Position numbers and translations under genes: made by a program
Source of the DNA: Candidatus Poseidoniaceae archaeon
GTDB taxonomy: Archaea; Thermoplasmatota; Poseidoniia; Poseidoniales; Poseidoniaceae
Assembly: GCA_029250345.1 (NCBI GenBank)
Contig: JAQXFL010000016.1
Coordinates: 1 to 60,779 of the forward strand
DNA: 60,779 bases
Direction: 5' to 3'
Notes under the pieces: generated by a model
The model's input: the letters and a program-made list of their open reading frames with translations, nothing else
What the model was told of the DNA's origin: nothing
The model's database searches: none
Shown: positions 1 to 11,600 of the stretch, piece by piece
Numbering within the stretch: the stretch's first letter is position 1
How the letters are laid out: each line of letters begins with the position of its first letter

Positions 1-347
1 GTCCCAGTCTCAGCAAGGTCGCCAAAGTTCAAATGAAATTGGCTGGTGTTGGTGAGCGTCAATGCAGAACTGATGTCTTCTCCCGTTAGTGAGCCGGTGA
101 GAATGAGTTGTCCGCCATTTTCGACAGTAATCTCATTGCTTGGTCCAACCGTCATATCGGCATCAATGGTCAAAGTGGCACCGTTTTTCACCAGAACGTT
201 TCCGTTCATTGCCTGTGATTCCGACCAAGTTTCATCAGCGTCAATGATTACATCGTTGCCATCGCTGGGTGGAGCTGCGTCCACATTTACCAAACCAGCG
301 AATGAGGTGAAAATTAGGAGCATCATCAGTGTCAAAGCAGTTCGCAT
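1..347 (-). CDS. secreted protein, N-terminal fragment (3' end lies beyond the window start)
   Basis: Absent from the ORF track because it runs off the window. The reverse complement from ATG (345-347) reads MRTALTLMMLLIFTSFAGLVNVDAAPPSDGNDVIIDADETWSESQAMNGNVLVKNGATLTIDADMTV... with no stop. It has a basic n-region, a hydrophobic core and a small-residue cleavage-like site, i.e. a Sec-type signal peptide. The mature N-terminus resembles that of the beta-helix protein at 13658. Confidence 0.55.
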   Translation of the reverse strand, partial: MRTALTLMMLLIFTSFAGLVNVDAAPPSDGNDVIIDADETWSESQAMNGNVLVKNGATLTIDADMTVGPSNEITVENGGQLILTGSLTGEDISSALTLTNTSQFHLNFGDLAETG

Positions 348-390
348 GAAAACACTCACACTGTGGTGTTTTATAGGCTTCTCTCCGGAA

Positions 391-1044
391 TCAATAGGGC
401 ACATCTTTCCATCCGATCTTGTAACCGAGAAGGTTGAACGATCGGTGAAGTATGGGGGTGATGGCGACCAATGCCAACATTGGGAGCAGAAGTTCCGAGT
501 CGGCAAGTATGGATGTGCCAAGGAATAATTGGCCGGCCAAGAAAACCATTATTGCGAAAGGTAGCGTATCCAAAAGTGGAGCTTTCGATGAGATGTCACC
601 TTCTCTCTTGAGTCCACGACGGCGCTTGACAAAAGAACCGCTGCTGTCTCCGACCAAGCAGAAGAATCCAAGGAAAGTTCCGAGAATGAACGCCGTCATG
701 TGGTCGCCACCGATATTGAACCAAGTTCCTTCAGCGCCTTGCAATGGGTGAGTGAAAATACCGTTTTCTCCGATGGCAGCACTTGCGGCAGGAATGTCTC
801 CCATGAGCGAGACAATGAGGACGCTAAGAAGCCCAGAAGTAAGCGAGCCTCCGATCAATCCATTCCATGTTTTTCCATCGCCAAGGATACGGTTTCCGTC
901 GCTAAGTGTGCGGCCACCATCGATCGGCCATGGCCCATATCCCGTCTTAGGCAACCATTTCCCCCATAGCATAGCGAAGGTGTTGGCAAGGAATCCTGGC
1001 ATGTACAACCAGAGCGTTAGGATACAGAGTTCTAAAAATTGCAT
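391..1044 (-). CDS. carS: CDP-archaeol synthase (CDP-2,3-bis-O-geranylgeranyl-sn-glycerol synthase)
   Basis: Polytopic membrane protein with CarS-family motifs ILGDGKTWNG and GDSSGSFVKRRRGLKREG and a C-terminal KDVPY like known CarS ends. The ORF is open back to ATG 1143. Alignment by eye to known CarS N-termini favours ATG 1044 (MQFLELCILTLWLYMPGFLAN), which leaves about 140 bp of divergent promoter space to purD. Confidence 0.85.
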   Translation of the reverse strand: MQFLELCILTLWLYMPGFLANTFAMLWGKWLPKTGYGPWPIDGGRTLSDGNRILGDGKTWNGLIGGSLTSGLLSVLIVSLMGDIPAASAAIGENGIFTHPLQGAEGTWFNIGGDHMTAFILGTFLGFFCLVGDSSGSFVKRRRGLKREGDISSKAPLLDTLPFAIMVFLAGQLFLGTSILADSELLLPMLALVAITPILHRSFNLLGYKIGWKDVPY

Positions 1045-1186
1045 GAAGTTCACCAAGGCTTGCACCTTTACATGCATCGCTTGGAGGGCGGTCTTTGAAG
1101 CATCCCCTTTGTTCGGGCGATTTTGGGTCAAAAGTCCAAGCATCTCTCACGATGAGATTATGTGATGGCATGGGTGGAGCACCAAC

Positions 1187-2461
1187 ATGGCTGGGAAGGT
1201 TGTACTTGTTGTCGGCGGTGGTGGCAGAGAACACGCTCTTTGTATGGGGCTATCAGACTCTCGTCACGTGTCGAAGTTGCATTGCACGCCCGGCAATGCA
1301 GGGACTGCATCCCTTGCCACGAATCATTCGGTTTCGGCATCCGACATCACAGGTTTACTTCGTCTCGCTCAAGAGGTGTCTGCTGACCTTGTCGTTGCAG
1401 GGCCCGAAGCGCCGTTGTGTGCAGGACTGGCTGACGAACTTTCAGCACAAGGAATTCCTTGTTTTGGACCAGTCGCGGCTCTTGCTCATCTTGAGGGTTC
1501 GAAACTCCACGCAAAAGAGGTCATGCGTGCAGCAAATGTTCCGACTGCGGCCTTTCACGTACTGGAGCACGGAAGTGATATTGACACTGCTTTGAATGAT
1601 TTTTCCGGACAACCATGGGTCGTCAAGCGGGATGTGCTGGCTGGCGGCAAAGGAGTTGTAGTTACCGAAGACCGTGCTGAAGCATTTTCGTTCATCCAGT
1701 CATCAATAGAATCCGATGGAAGAGTTTTGTTGGAAGAATTCCTTCCTGGTGAAGAGGCGAGCATGTTGGTCGTTATGGACGGATCCGGTTTTGTCTGCCT
1801 ACCTGCCAGTCAAGACCACAAAAGAGCATACGATGGAGACAATGGGCCAAACACGGGTGGAATGGGTGCGTACTGCCCAGCACCGGTTGTCACAAATGAG
1901 ATACGCGATTTGACCATTCAAACCATCATCGAACCGATGCATGCTTACCTGTGTGCGGCGGAGCAACCCTACCGTGGTGTGCTTTACGTTGGCCTCATGA
2001 TTCCTGAATCCGGACGTCCGAATGTGGTCGAATTCAACGTCCGATTTGGCGACCCAGAATGCCAAATCACCCTGCCCCTCATCGAGTCCGATTTGTTCGA
2101 ATTGCTGAATGCAGCAGCCACTGATGGCCTGTCGAAACTTGAGGTTAAGTTTAGTGCTCTTCATGCTGCAACAGTGGTTTTGGCAGCGGAGGGCTATCCA
2201 AGCTCTCCCGTCAAGGGTCGTACTGTTCGAGGCGCTGATTCCGAACCGCTTTCATCTTCAAACGGCAAAGCATGGGTCAGTCATGCAGGAACCGGTCGTG
2301 GTCCAAACGGCGAATTAATTTCAACCGGTGGACGAGTACTCGCTTGCAGTGCTACCGGTCCTACGCTCGAGGCGGCGGTAGAGATGGCGTATGCTCTTCT
2401 TGACACGATTGAACTTGAAGGTTCTCACCACAGAACGGACATCGGTTTCCGTGCTTTGTGA
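1187..2461 (+). CDS. purD: phosphoribosylamine--glycine ligase (GAR synthetase)
   Basis: 424 aa. The N-terminus KVVLVVGGGGREHAL...PGNAG is a typical PurD signature, the middle is ATP-grasp like, and the ending is PurD-like. ATG confirmed at 1187. Confidence 0.9.
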   Translation: MAGKVVLVVGGGGREHALCMGLSDSRHVSKLHCTPGNAGTASLATNHSVSASDITGLLRLAQEVSADLVVAGPEAPLCAGLADELSAQGIPCFGPVAALAHLEGSKLHAKEVMRAANVPTAAFHVLEHGSDIDTALNDFSGQPWVVKRDVLAGGKGVVVTEDRAEAFSFIQSSIESDGRVLLEEFLPGEEASMLVVMDGSGFVCLPASQDHKRAYDGDNGPNTGGMGAYCPAPVVTNEIRDLTIQTIIEPMHAYLCAAEQPYRGVLYVGLMIPESGRPNVVEFNVRFGDPECQITLPLIESDLFELLNAAATDGLSKLEVKFSALHAATVVLAAEGYPSSPVKGRTVRGADSEPLSSSNGKAWVSHAGTGRGPNGELISTGGRVLACSATGPTLEAAVEMAYALLDTIELEGSHHRTDIGFRAL

Positions 2462-2636
2462 GTTGTTTTGGCACTCCTATTTTATCCGTTAAATCGACAA
2501 CCGTAAACAACGCTCAATGTTATGCAGCAAGGCATTCATCTGTTGTCCGCTCAGCGGAGTCATTAAAAGAGGCTCTAAAGTGGCGAAGACGCTTCAGCCT
2601 TGCTGCTGTCGCGCAAACACCTTTGAGGGAAAAAAT

Positions 2637-5600
2637 ATGGAACAAATAACTGGCACAAAAAGCACAGCGCCAGCAGCACCGTTGGGATGGCTTATCGCTC
2701 CCCTAGCAGTTCTGCTCGCACTCGCAGCTATCAAGCTCGTCGGCATTGACTTCGAGCTTACCGCAGATAACTTGGCACCGATGTTGATCGTCGGCGCCGC
2801 AGGCATCCTGGGTCTGGTCCCATCGATGCTTGACCAATCCAATTCCGCATCTGTTTCCAAGGCCACTCTTTCCCTCTCCACTTTGGCCGTGGCGCTTATC
2901 GGTGCTGTGGCAATTTACATGCTCGACAATGGCGCATTCTCCGGTCTTCTGTTCGCTTTCGTTACGTTTGGCGTTCATTTCATGAGCAGCCGTGGGCGAC
3001 ACGAACTTGCGACCATTATCGTATTCATCGCTATGGGTGCAAACGTCGGTATCTTCATTGCATCCGATGCACTCACAACCCTGCCAGAGATTTACAATCT
3101 GGCGCCAGAGGGTGAACCACAAAGTTTGGTTTCAACACTCAACTTGAAGAATCAAGCTGTAGGCTACCTCTTCTTCTCACACCTTACCGTTTTCACCCTC
3201 GTCGGTGTATTGGTCGCAACCTTTGCTCGTGGTGTGCTTACTCCTGTTGGCGAATCCGGTTGGTTCAGTTTCTTGAACAGCGACACGAGTTCAAAATTCA
3301 ACAAGAACAACCTTCCTCTGCAAATCGCACTTACGGTTTGGGCTTTGGCTCACATCGGCAGTCTCTGGCACTTTGAGACCGTCAGCGTTGCTGACAAACT
3401 TGGAATTACTTCAGCGGCAGATTACCACGGAATTGTTGGCTACTGGCAAGCATTCTTCACCGGAATGGTGGCAGTTGTTGTAGCAGGTATGTTTTCCGAA
3501 CGATGGCACACTCGTGCCATGACACTCGGTTCTCTTTGGACGCTCTACGTTGTTTCGTCTTGGTACGATGCAGGAATGTTTTCAATGGATCTCCTCGAAG
3601 GCAACTGGGGCAGTTTGATTTGGCTCGGACTGACCTTCTTCATCGGAGTCGGCATTTACTCGATTTCAACCCACGAAACGTGGGGTGGCTGGGTCAACCG
3701 TGACGATCACGAATACTCCGGTGCTCGTAAGTTCTGGAATCAACACTGGTCCAGCGTCATGATTGGGCTCGCATTCTTCTTTGGTCTGGTCATCCGAACA
3801 CAATGGTATGTTGTACCGTCCATGAACGCTTTCGGAACCGGAAACTGGGACATGACCGGAGGATCTGACCCTTGGTACATGAAGCGTGTCGTCGATTATA
3901 TCCTTGCAAACAATGCTCACATGATTTTCGATGCAGACCGTTCTTACCCAATAGGTGGTATCAACCCTCGACCTCCGATTTTTACCTGGTCAATTGCAGT
4001 TGTTGCAACACTTCTCGAACCGTTCTTCAGCAACGGCGATGCAGTCTGGTGGGCTATACTTTCCCTCCCTGCAATTTACGGTGCTCTCACCATTCTACCG
4101 GTGGCTTACATCGCACGTGAACACATCAACGAAAAGGCAGCAGTTGTCGCCGCTTGGCTGATTGCTTTCATGCCGGCTCACGTGAGTCACACGACATGGG
4201 CACTTGCTGACCACGACGCTTTCATCATGCTCTTCATTACACTAGGATTCATGTTCTGGCTCCGTGCGGTGAAGTATGCAGGTAGCGAGCGCTTGTTGCG
4301 CTCCTCATCTCCGTCGGCTATGGCATTTGTAAACGCATTTACCGCCGTCGCACAAGAACGCCGTGCTGCACTTTCAGCCGCAGTTCTTGCTGGTGTGAGT
4401 TTCGGAATCGTTTCGCTCGGCTGGAAAGGTTTCGTCGTTGGTCCGTCGATTATCTTCTTGGCATACGCTGCACAAGTTGCACTCAACATGTTCCGCCGCC
4501 GAGATTCAACGACTCTCAACGTCTTGTTCCTCACCATGCTTTCAGTGAACTTCTTGATGGCTCTCCCATTCTACGGTCACCCTCAAATCGATCTCATGCT
4601 TGATGGAACCGGCCTTCAGCCGTTCTTGTTTATTGCTATCTTCACAATAGCAATCAGTTTCGTTACCACTGGATTCCGTGACAAGCCTTGGTTGCTCGTC
4701 CTCGGTGTTCTTGCCGGTGCTGGAACTGTGTTCTTCATCGTATTGTGGCTCCTCAAGGAAGCGAACCTCTCCAATGCTTGGGATGTACTCTTCACTGGTA
4801 GCGGATACTTCACCAAGACTAAGATTTTTGGAACTGTTGCCGAAGCAAATGCTCCAAACCGTGGACAGTTGTTTGCGCAATTTGGACCAATCACCTTCGT
4901 TCTTTCACTCATCATGGGTATTCTCTGCATTTGGTCGGCTCTACGTGATCGAAAGCAAACCAAACTCGTATTCGGTGTGTGGATTCTCGCAGCCTCGTTC
5001 ATGGCTTGGACTGCAGCACGTTTCATGTTCAATGCAACACCAGCAATCGCAGTCCTCGGCGCTTGGGGAATCGTTTCCCTATGGAAGTGGGCAAACTGGG
5101 AAGGCATGGTCAAAACATGGAAGAAGATGGGAATCCGTTCTCCAGAAGACCGTATTCGTGGTGCACGCAAGGCGCTCTGGCGTACTCCTTCCTTCTCCGC
5201 AATCATGCTCGTCATGATTATGTTGTTTGGACAACAGTTCACCTACGGTCTCGATGCAGCAATTCCTTCCAGCAACAATGCTGAAGACGATATCGATGAA
5301 ACAATCTACAATCTGATCCCTGACGCATTCCGCTGGGAAATCGGTGGTTTTTCGTTGCTTGATGACAGTACTTACGACGGAAACTGGTATCTCGGTTCTT
5401 TCGGCTCTGGATTTAACGACAACGGCTGGAACTCGGCATATGAGTGGCTTGCTGAACAGGATCAAGACATGAAATATTCAGAACGTCCTGCCTTCGTCTC
5501 TTGGTGGGACTATGGTTTCCAAGCCCTTGATACTGGGGAGCACCCCTCTGTATCCGATAACTTCCAGACTGGAATTTCTGCTACAGGTAACATGTTGCTC

Positions 5601-8600
5601 GCACGCAGTCAAGAAGACCTCGTATCCATGTTCATCTGGCAACTTGGTCAAGGCGACTTGACTTACAATGAGGCCAAAACAGGTAACCTTGAGTTCACAA
5701 ACGGCTATCAGAACATCGTAGGTTCATACCTCACCGATGAGCAAATGGATATTTTGAACGATGTTTCGACCGATGTTGATACCGATGAGAGGGTTTCATT
5801 CTTGAAACTCAACAGTTACCAAGTCTACCGTACCAACGAAGATACAGTCTTGGCTAGAGGATATCATCACACCGATGGAGTGTTCGATGAGTCTACGCAA
5901 TACTGGAGAGTTTACGACGAAGGAGAACGCATCCTCTGTACCGATTCACTTTCGACGACCTGTGTTGATGGTGACTGGTCATCAGAAGCAGAAGCGGAAA
6001 ACACCTTCTCGAACAATATTCGAACCGGTAATGACAACATCAATCGGGTCTCACACTACATTATTGGAGATTACTGGTACACCGCTGACCTCGTCGAGGA
6101 ATATGGATCTGTATCCACAAATCTCCACCGATCAAACGCAAGATTGGCACTCACCGTTCAACTGCTTTCCAACAGCCTCGACTCTGGCGAGATCATCGAC
6201 ATGTACGATGAACTCATCAACATGGAAGGCTACTACACCGTTCAAGATTACGACGGTGCACCCGGAGAAACGATTGATCGAGACCACGAAATCCGTTACT
6301 ACGCTATTGACAACCGACTGTACCCCCGTGCAGGACGTTACACTGCTGACATGAACTACAACCAAGGTCAACCGATGGGTATCTTCGGCGCACCAACAAT
6401 TCTCAGCGGCCAAGATATTACCACTTACATGGATGAAGTCTACGAAACCATCCGTGGCGACTTCCCAGACGAAATGACCCGTGCTGAAGTCGACGAAGCG
6501 ATTACTCAAGATTTCCTCAATCAACAATCTGGTGCTGATATTGACCCACTGCAAGTTCAAGATGTCCGTGTTGATCACAACTCTGCATTCTTCGACACCA
6601 TGCTCGCTCGTTCATACGTCGGATACGGCGCATCAACGCTTGGCGTCGATGCCGGCTCTTCAAACCCGCAACCTGCCCAGCATTTCGGTCAATCCGGTAG
6701 CCCTGGAAGCATTTTGAGTCAAGGACTGCCTTTGCCAGGTGCAATGACCAATCACTTCGTTATCTCGAACTGGTACTCACCTGAAGCAAATTCTTCAGTT
6801 ACCGCTGAAGAGCAAACAGTAGGTATTTCCTCGACCAACACATTGGTTAAGATTCTCAAGTACTACTCTGGCGCAGAAATTTCTGGTCAAGTTACCATGT
6901 CTGACAATGGACTGCCATTGCCGGGTGTTCGCTTGCTCATTGAGCGAGACGCATTCTCTGGTGAAGGCGCAGATGATTTGGACCCAGATACCTACTGGGT
7001 TCCAATTGGCTTTACAGATGCTGATGAGAATGGCCGCTGGTCGTTCGATGCACCTGCTGGCCGAATCCGTGTCAGCGCATACGCTGGCGACTACGACCCA
7101 ACTCTTGCACAAGATAACATCCGCTCTGGTGCATTCTCACAAGGTCTCGGAGATATATTGACAGAAACCAACGACGACCGAGTTATCAACGACATCTCGG
7201 CTATCCTTGGTGAAGTGGCAAACATGAGCTGGCTTGGTGAAAACCAACACAACATCACTGCTGAGCAAGCAGACAGCAACGCTCCAGTGAGTGCAGATTT
7301 CAACATCGCAGTCGAAAGCAGCGGCATCTCTGGACAAGTGACATGGAGTGGCCATGAATCATTCGACGGCGACGCACTGGTGAGCACAGACTTCATTCTG
7401 CGTAACATTTGGTCCTTGACCGACAATTACACATTGACCACTACGAACGGTTCTTTCACATCAGCCGACAGCAGAATCCTACAGGGCTCTGGAGAGGCAA
7501 CCTTTGTCGAAAACGGTACGTTTGAAAGCGAAGGTGTCGCCTTTGCTGACGACTTCACAGGAACCTTCACCCGTTCGATTGGCGATAAGCGAGTTTACAC
7601 CAGTAACGGTACATGGGACGGCAAGGGAACACTTGTTGCATCATGGATCGCTGAAGATAATGTCTTGGACTGCTTGGATAACGAAACAGCGCCTATGCCT
7701 GAAAATTCCACCGTGTGTATTCAGGACAGCACAACTTCACCACTCACATACTTGTTGGATGGCGCTGTTGAAGCAAACGGACGTTTGACTTCTGATGGCA
7801 TCTCGACACTTGTGACTGAGCACGTTGGAGATTCGTTTGAAGCAACTGGTTCCTTCGAAGGAACCGGTACTCTAAACGGAACAGGATTATTCATTGGTAC
7901 CGGATCTTTCAGCGGAGAAATGGTTCAGCCAGGTTCGTTCTACCTCACAGGTCTAGTGCCTGGTGTTTACAACATGATTGCCCAACTTGACAACGGCAAG
8001 GAAGTTCTCCTTCCTGACCCAGTCAACGTCGGCATCTCGCCATCCTATGACCTTGCCATGACAATGCCAGGATCTATCTTTGAAGACACACTGCAAGATT
8101 TCTATGAAGAAAAACTTGTCAATGAAGTCATTGAATGGGTCGATGTAGACCTCGGAATGGATTCCTTGGTCGAAATACACACCGATGAGGATGGAAACTT
8201 CTCGTATGGCCCTATTGCATCAGGTGAATACTTCTACCGTGTTGACATCGACAGCGATGGCTGGTACGAACTCAACGAAACAATTTATGCACGTGGTGAA
8301 TCAGAAAACTTCTCCCTCGCAATGGATGTTCCTGAAATGTACGACATCTCTCTCCAATTGACGTCACCTGTAGACCCTCAAACGCAAACGGCGTATGCAG
8401 ATGTTTCACAGAGAGTCGTTACATTTACCAATTCAGATCCGCTGTTCGGACCTCTCAATGCAACTTCTGATGAAACCGGAATGGTTTACATCGAACTGCC
8501 TATGGGTGCGTACACAATATCTGACGAGTCTGGTGATGACTACATTCTCTTCGATTTCGTTGAACTCAACAATGAAGATGTCGCTATGAGCAGTGCTTAC

Positions 8601-11600
8601 GCAATCGCTACATACGTCAATGGTAGTATTCGTGCTCCAGACGGCGGTTTGTTCTCCGCAGAATACACATATGCAGACTGGGCTGCTCAAGAGGCAGTTT
8701 ACAAGCTTGAACAAAGCCAACCAGCATCTGGTCTTGAAGTCAATTTCGTTGCGAACGACCTCTCCTTCTCGACAACCGTTGAAACGGATGGAAACTTCAG
8801 TATGCGCCTGCCAAGTGGAAACACCTTCCACATGACTGCGATTAGCCTTGTTTCTCAGATGTCCTCGGGCCAACTTGTGGTACTGGGCGGAGATGCAGAG
8901 ATTGATATCGGACTCATGTATCTTGAGCCAACCGTCGCAACATTGGGTCTTGTCTACCTTTACGACAACAGTTCGCTATGGGATGGACTCGTACCTGGAT
9001 ACGCTGCACAAGAAGTCGTGGCAACTGATTCAACCGGACTTGAATGGAGAACAACCATCGATGATCAAGGTGGCTTTGCATTCTCCCTTCAACCGGGTGA
9101 CTGGGATTTCACAGTTGATGAAGAATTACTCAATTCGACAACTGTAACGGACTACGCAATCCTCGATAACGAGGGAATTGCTCCGAACTCTGTTGAATTG
9201 TTTGTCAGCCCTGAACCGTTGACAATTGTACTCAATGTCTTCATGAACTCCGGAGGAGATGGAATTTTCGCAAACGGAACTGGCGTTTCTCCAGCATTCT
9301 CGCTGATTCCTCTCAACAACCACGGACAACAGTACAACTTTACTACGAGTGACTACACTGCAACTGGAAACATTTCAGTCGTCTTAGAGCCTGGACTGTA
9401 CAGTATTGACTTCAACGAAACCTCAGCTGATGATGAGAACGCTACGGACTACAACCTACTCGGCGATTCAACCTTTGAAACAATGATTGTTGGAATCGAG
9501 GCGTATGAAGAAGCAGTTTCGTTTGCACTACGCAATGAATACCTTGTAACTGGACAACTTACAAACTCGTCCGGTGAGGGTGTTGAAAAGCAATTCTTGC
9601 TCCGAAACGACGCAGACGACTTGTGGCATAACATCGCATCTGATGTGAATGGAAGTTTTGCCTCCTACGTCCCTGCTGGCGAATGGGTTGCTATTGTCGC
9701 ACCGTTCTCGGCGTCCAATGACAGTATGGAAACATACCGTGAAGCGTTCACAGTTAGCGAAGATTCATCATTGCGCACTGGATTGAACTTTACCTCTATC
9801 GAAGTGGTCACAGTGAACTTCCAAGTACAGGAATTGAACACTGACTCCAACATGAGTGATGTTCGGATTACCCTTGTCAGTCACGACGGATTCGGAAACA
9901 TCACGCTTTCGAAGTCGGACCAGTTCGGTAATGTCAGCGAAACCATCATGCCAGGTACTTGGAGCATGTTCCTCAATCAAACAGAGCCTCAGCGACAATG
10001 GAGTCTCGACACATTCGATACTCCTTTCACCACCGACAACGCTGTTGACGGCGTTCTTGAGCTTGGTATTGTTTCACCAGAACTCATGGTTGAAATCGGC
10101 GGTAAAGTCTTCTGGGATCTCAACGATGACGATATCCCCGGTGGTACCGAGGGTGTTGCTAACACCACAGTCAGCATCACTGGATTCAACAACACGGCTA
10201 TTGATACCAATGTGACAACCGATGAATTCGGTGTTTGGTCCTTGTTTGTACCTATTCAAGACGAATACCAAGTTTCAGTTTCGAAGGAAGGATTCAGTAC
10301 TGAAGTCTACAATGTTTCGAACACCAGTGCATACCCAGTCTATGCTGCTCCGGAATCGTACGATATCGAGATGACAGCAGGAAACGTTACTGTTTCTGGA
10401 AACGTCACAGACATCAATGACGCTGAGCGACTGAACGGGTCGATTGTTACATTGTACCCGACTTCTGGTATGGCCGGAGAGACAATTGTTGTTGAATCTC
10501 AATTTGACAACGAAGTGCTCACTTGGTCTGCAGTCATTTCACCCGGTGAATGGATTGTGGTTGTTACCGAAGCAAACCCTGGCGAAAACGGCGGCGGAGT
10601 TGCCATTGGTCTTCTTGATGCGAGCATCTCCGATGGCGCAACTCTCGACCTTGAGATGTCGCTCGGTGGCTGGCTTGACCTTTCCACCTCTTGGACCGAC
10701 ATCAAACTCGATGAATACCACGCTGGTTCATCCAGTGATGGCTGGATTTACATGAACGAGACTGCGGTTGTGACCATGACCATCGGCGATGACTTGGAAT
10801 GGGATTTGCCAGTTGGTGAAGACGGAACAATTAGCGTCCTTATGCCGGCATCTGAGATTGAAATGGACTCTTCGTTCATCACGATTCAACATGACTTACA
10901 ACTTGAGATGGAATACATCGGCGGTGCAGTAACACAGGTTGCTGAAGGCCGCTCACCGGTTTCCCTGTCGTACACACGAAGCATCAACTCTGATACTTCG
11001 ATCAGCATGGTCGAAGGAAGTGTAACTGGTGCAACCGTTGACTCAGAGGTGGCATTTACCGCAATTGAAGAGGAAGAAGGATACCAACAGATTGAATTTG
11101 AACTTGAATTGAATTACGAAGGAACGGAAACCGTGCAAGTCTTCGATGTTCTTGGACAAATTCTAGTTTCTCCTGATGAAGCCGACTGGACGATTGAGTT
11201 CAAGAACGGTTCGACCTATGAGGATTCATACCAAGTATCCCTTGGTATCGGAAACAGTACCAATGATACATCGGTTCAATCGACTGCAACGGTTGGTGTT
11301 CGAATCACTGTAGCAAATCAATCAGCGGCATGGCATCTTGAAGACCCTCACACACTGAAGGTTCGTATGCTAACTGACAGCACTCCTTCGAGTGAAATCT
11401 CAGTTACTGTTCAAGTACCTCAAATCTACGGATTGGAAACTTCTGACGAAGACGAATCAGTCGGAATTGGTGCAGGTGGAAGCAGCATGTTTGGATTTGT
11501 ACTTGAGAACACTGGTAACGGTGACGACTCGTACACCATCGAACTCTCAGACAACATCCCTGAAGGTTGGGAAGTTACTCCAATGAGTTCGGTGATCACC

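Noticed and set aside
46-528. 160-aa plus-strand ORF at the window start
   Set aside because: It is antisense to the signal-peptide-bearing minus-strand fragment (1-347) and to the 3' end of carS. The translation is low-complexity Ser/Pro/Val-rich with no motif, so it is most likely a shadow ORF.
2517-2636. N-terminal 40 codons of the track ORF for the giant aglB (MLCSKAFICCPLSG...)
   Set aside because: The segment is Cys-rich and non-membrane and precedes a good RBS-like GAGGG plus ATG 2637. The region looks like 5' UTR or promoter (ATTAAAAG near 2563).
4616-5242. 208-aa minus-strand ORF (and similar ones at 4187-4537, 6132-6578 and 8433-8873) inside aglB
   Set aside because: They are antisense to a CDS with strong catalytic-motif support and have no motifs of their own, as expected for shadow ORFs in a long stop-free gene.
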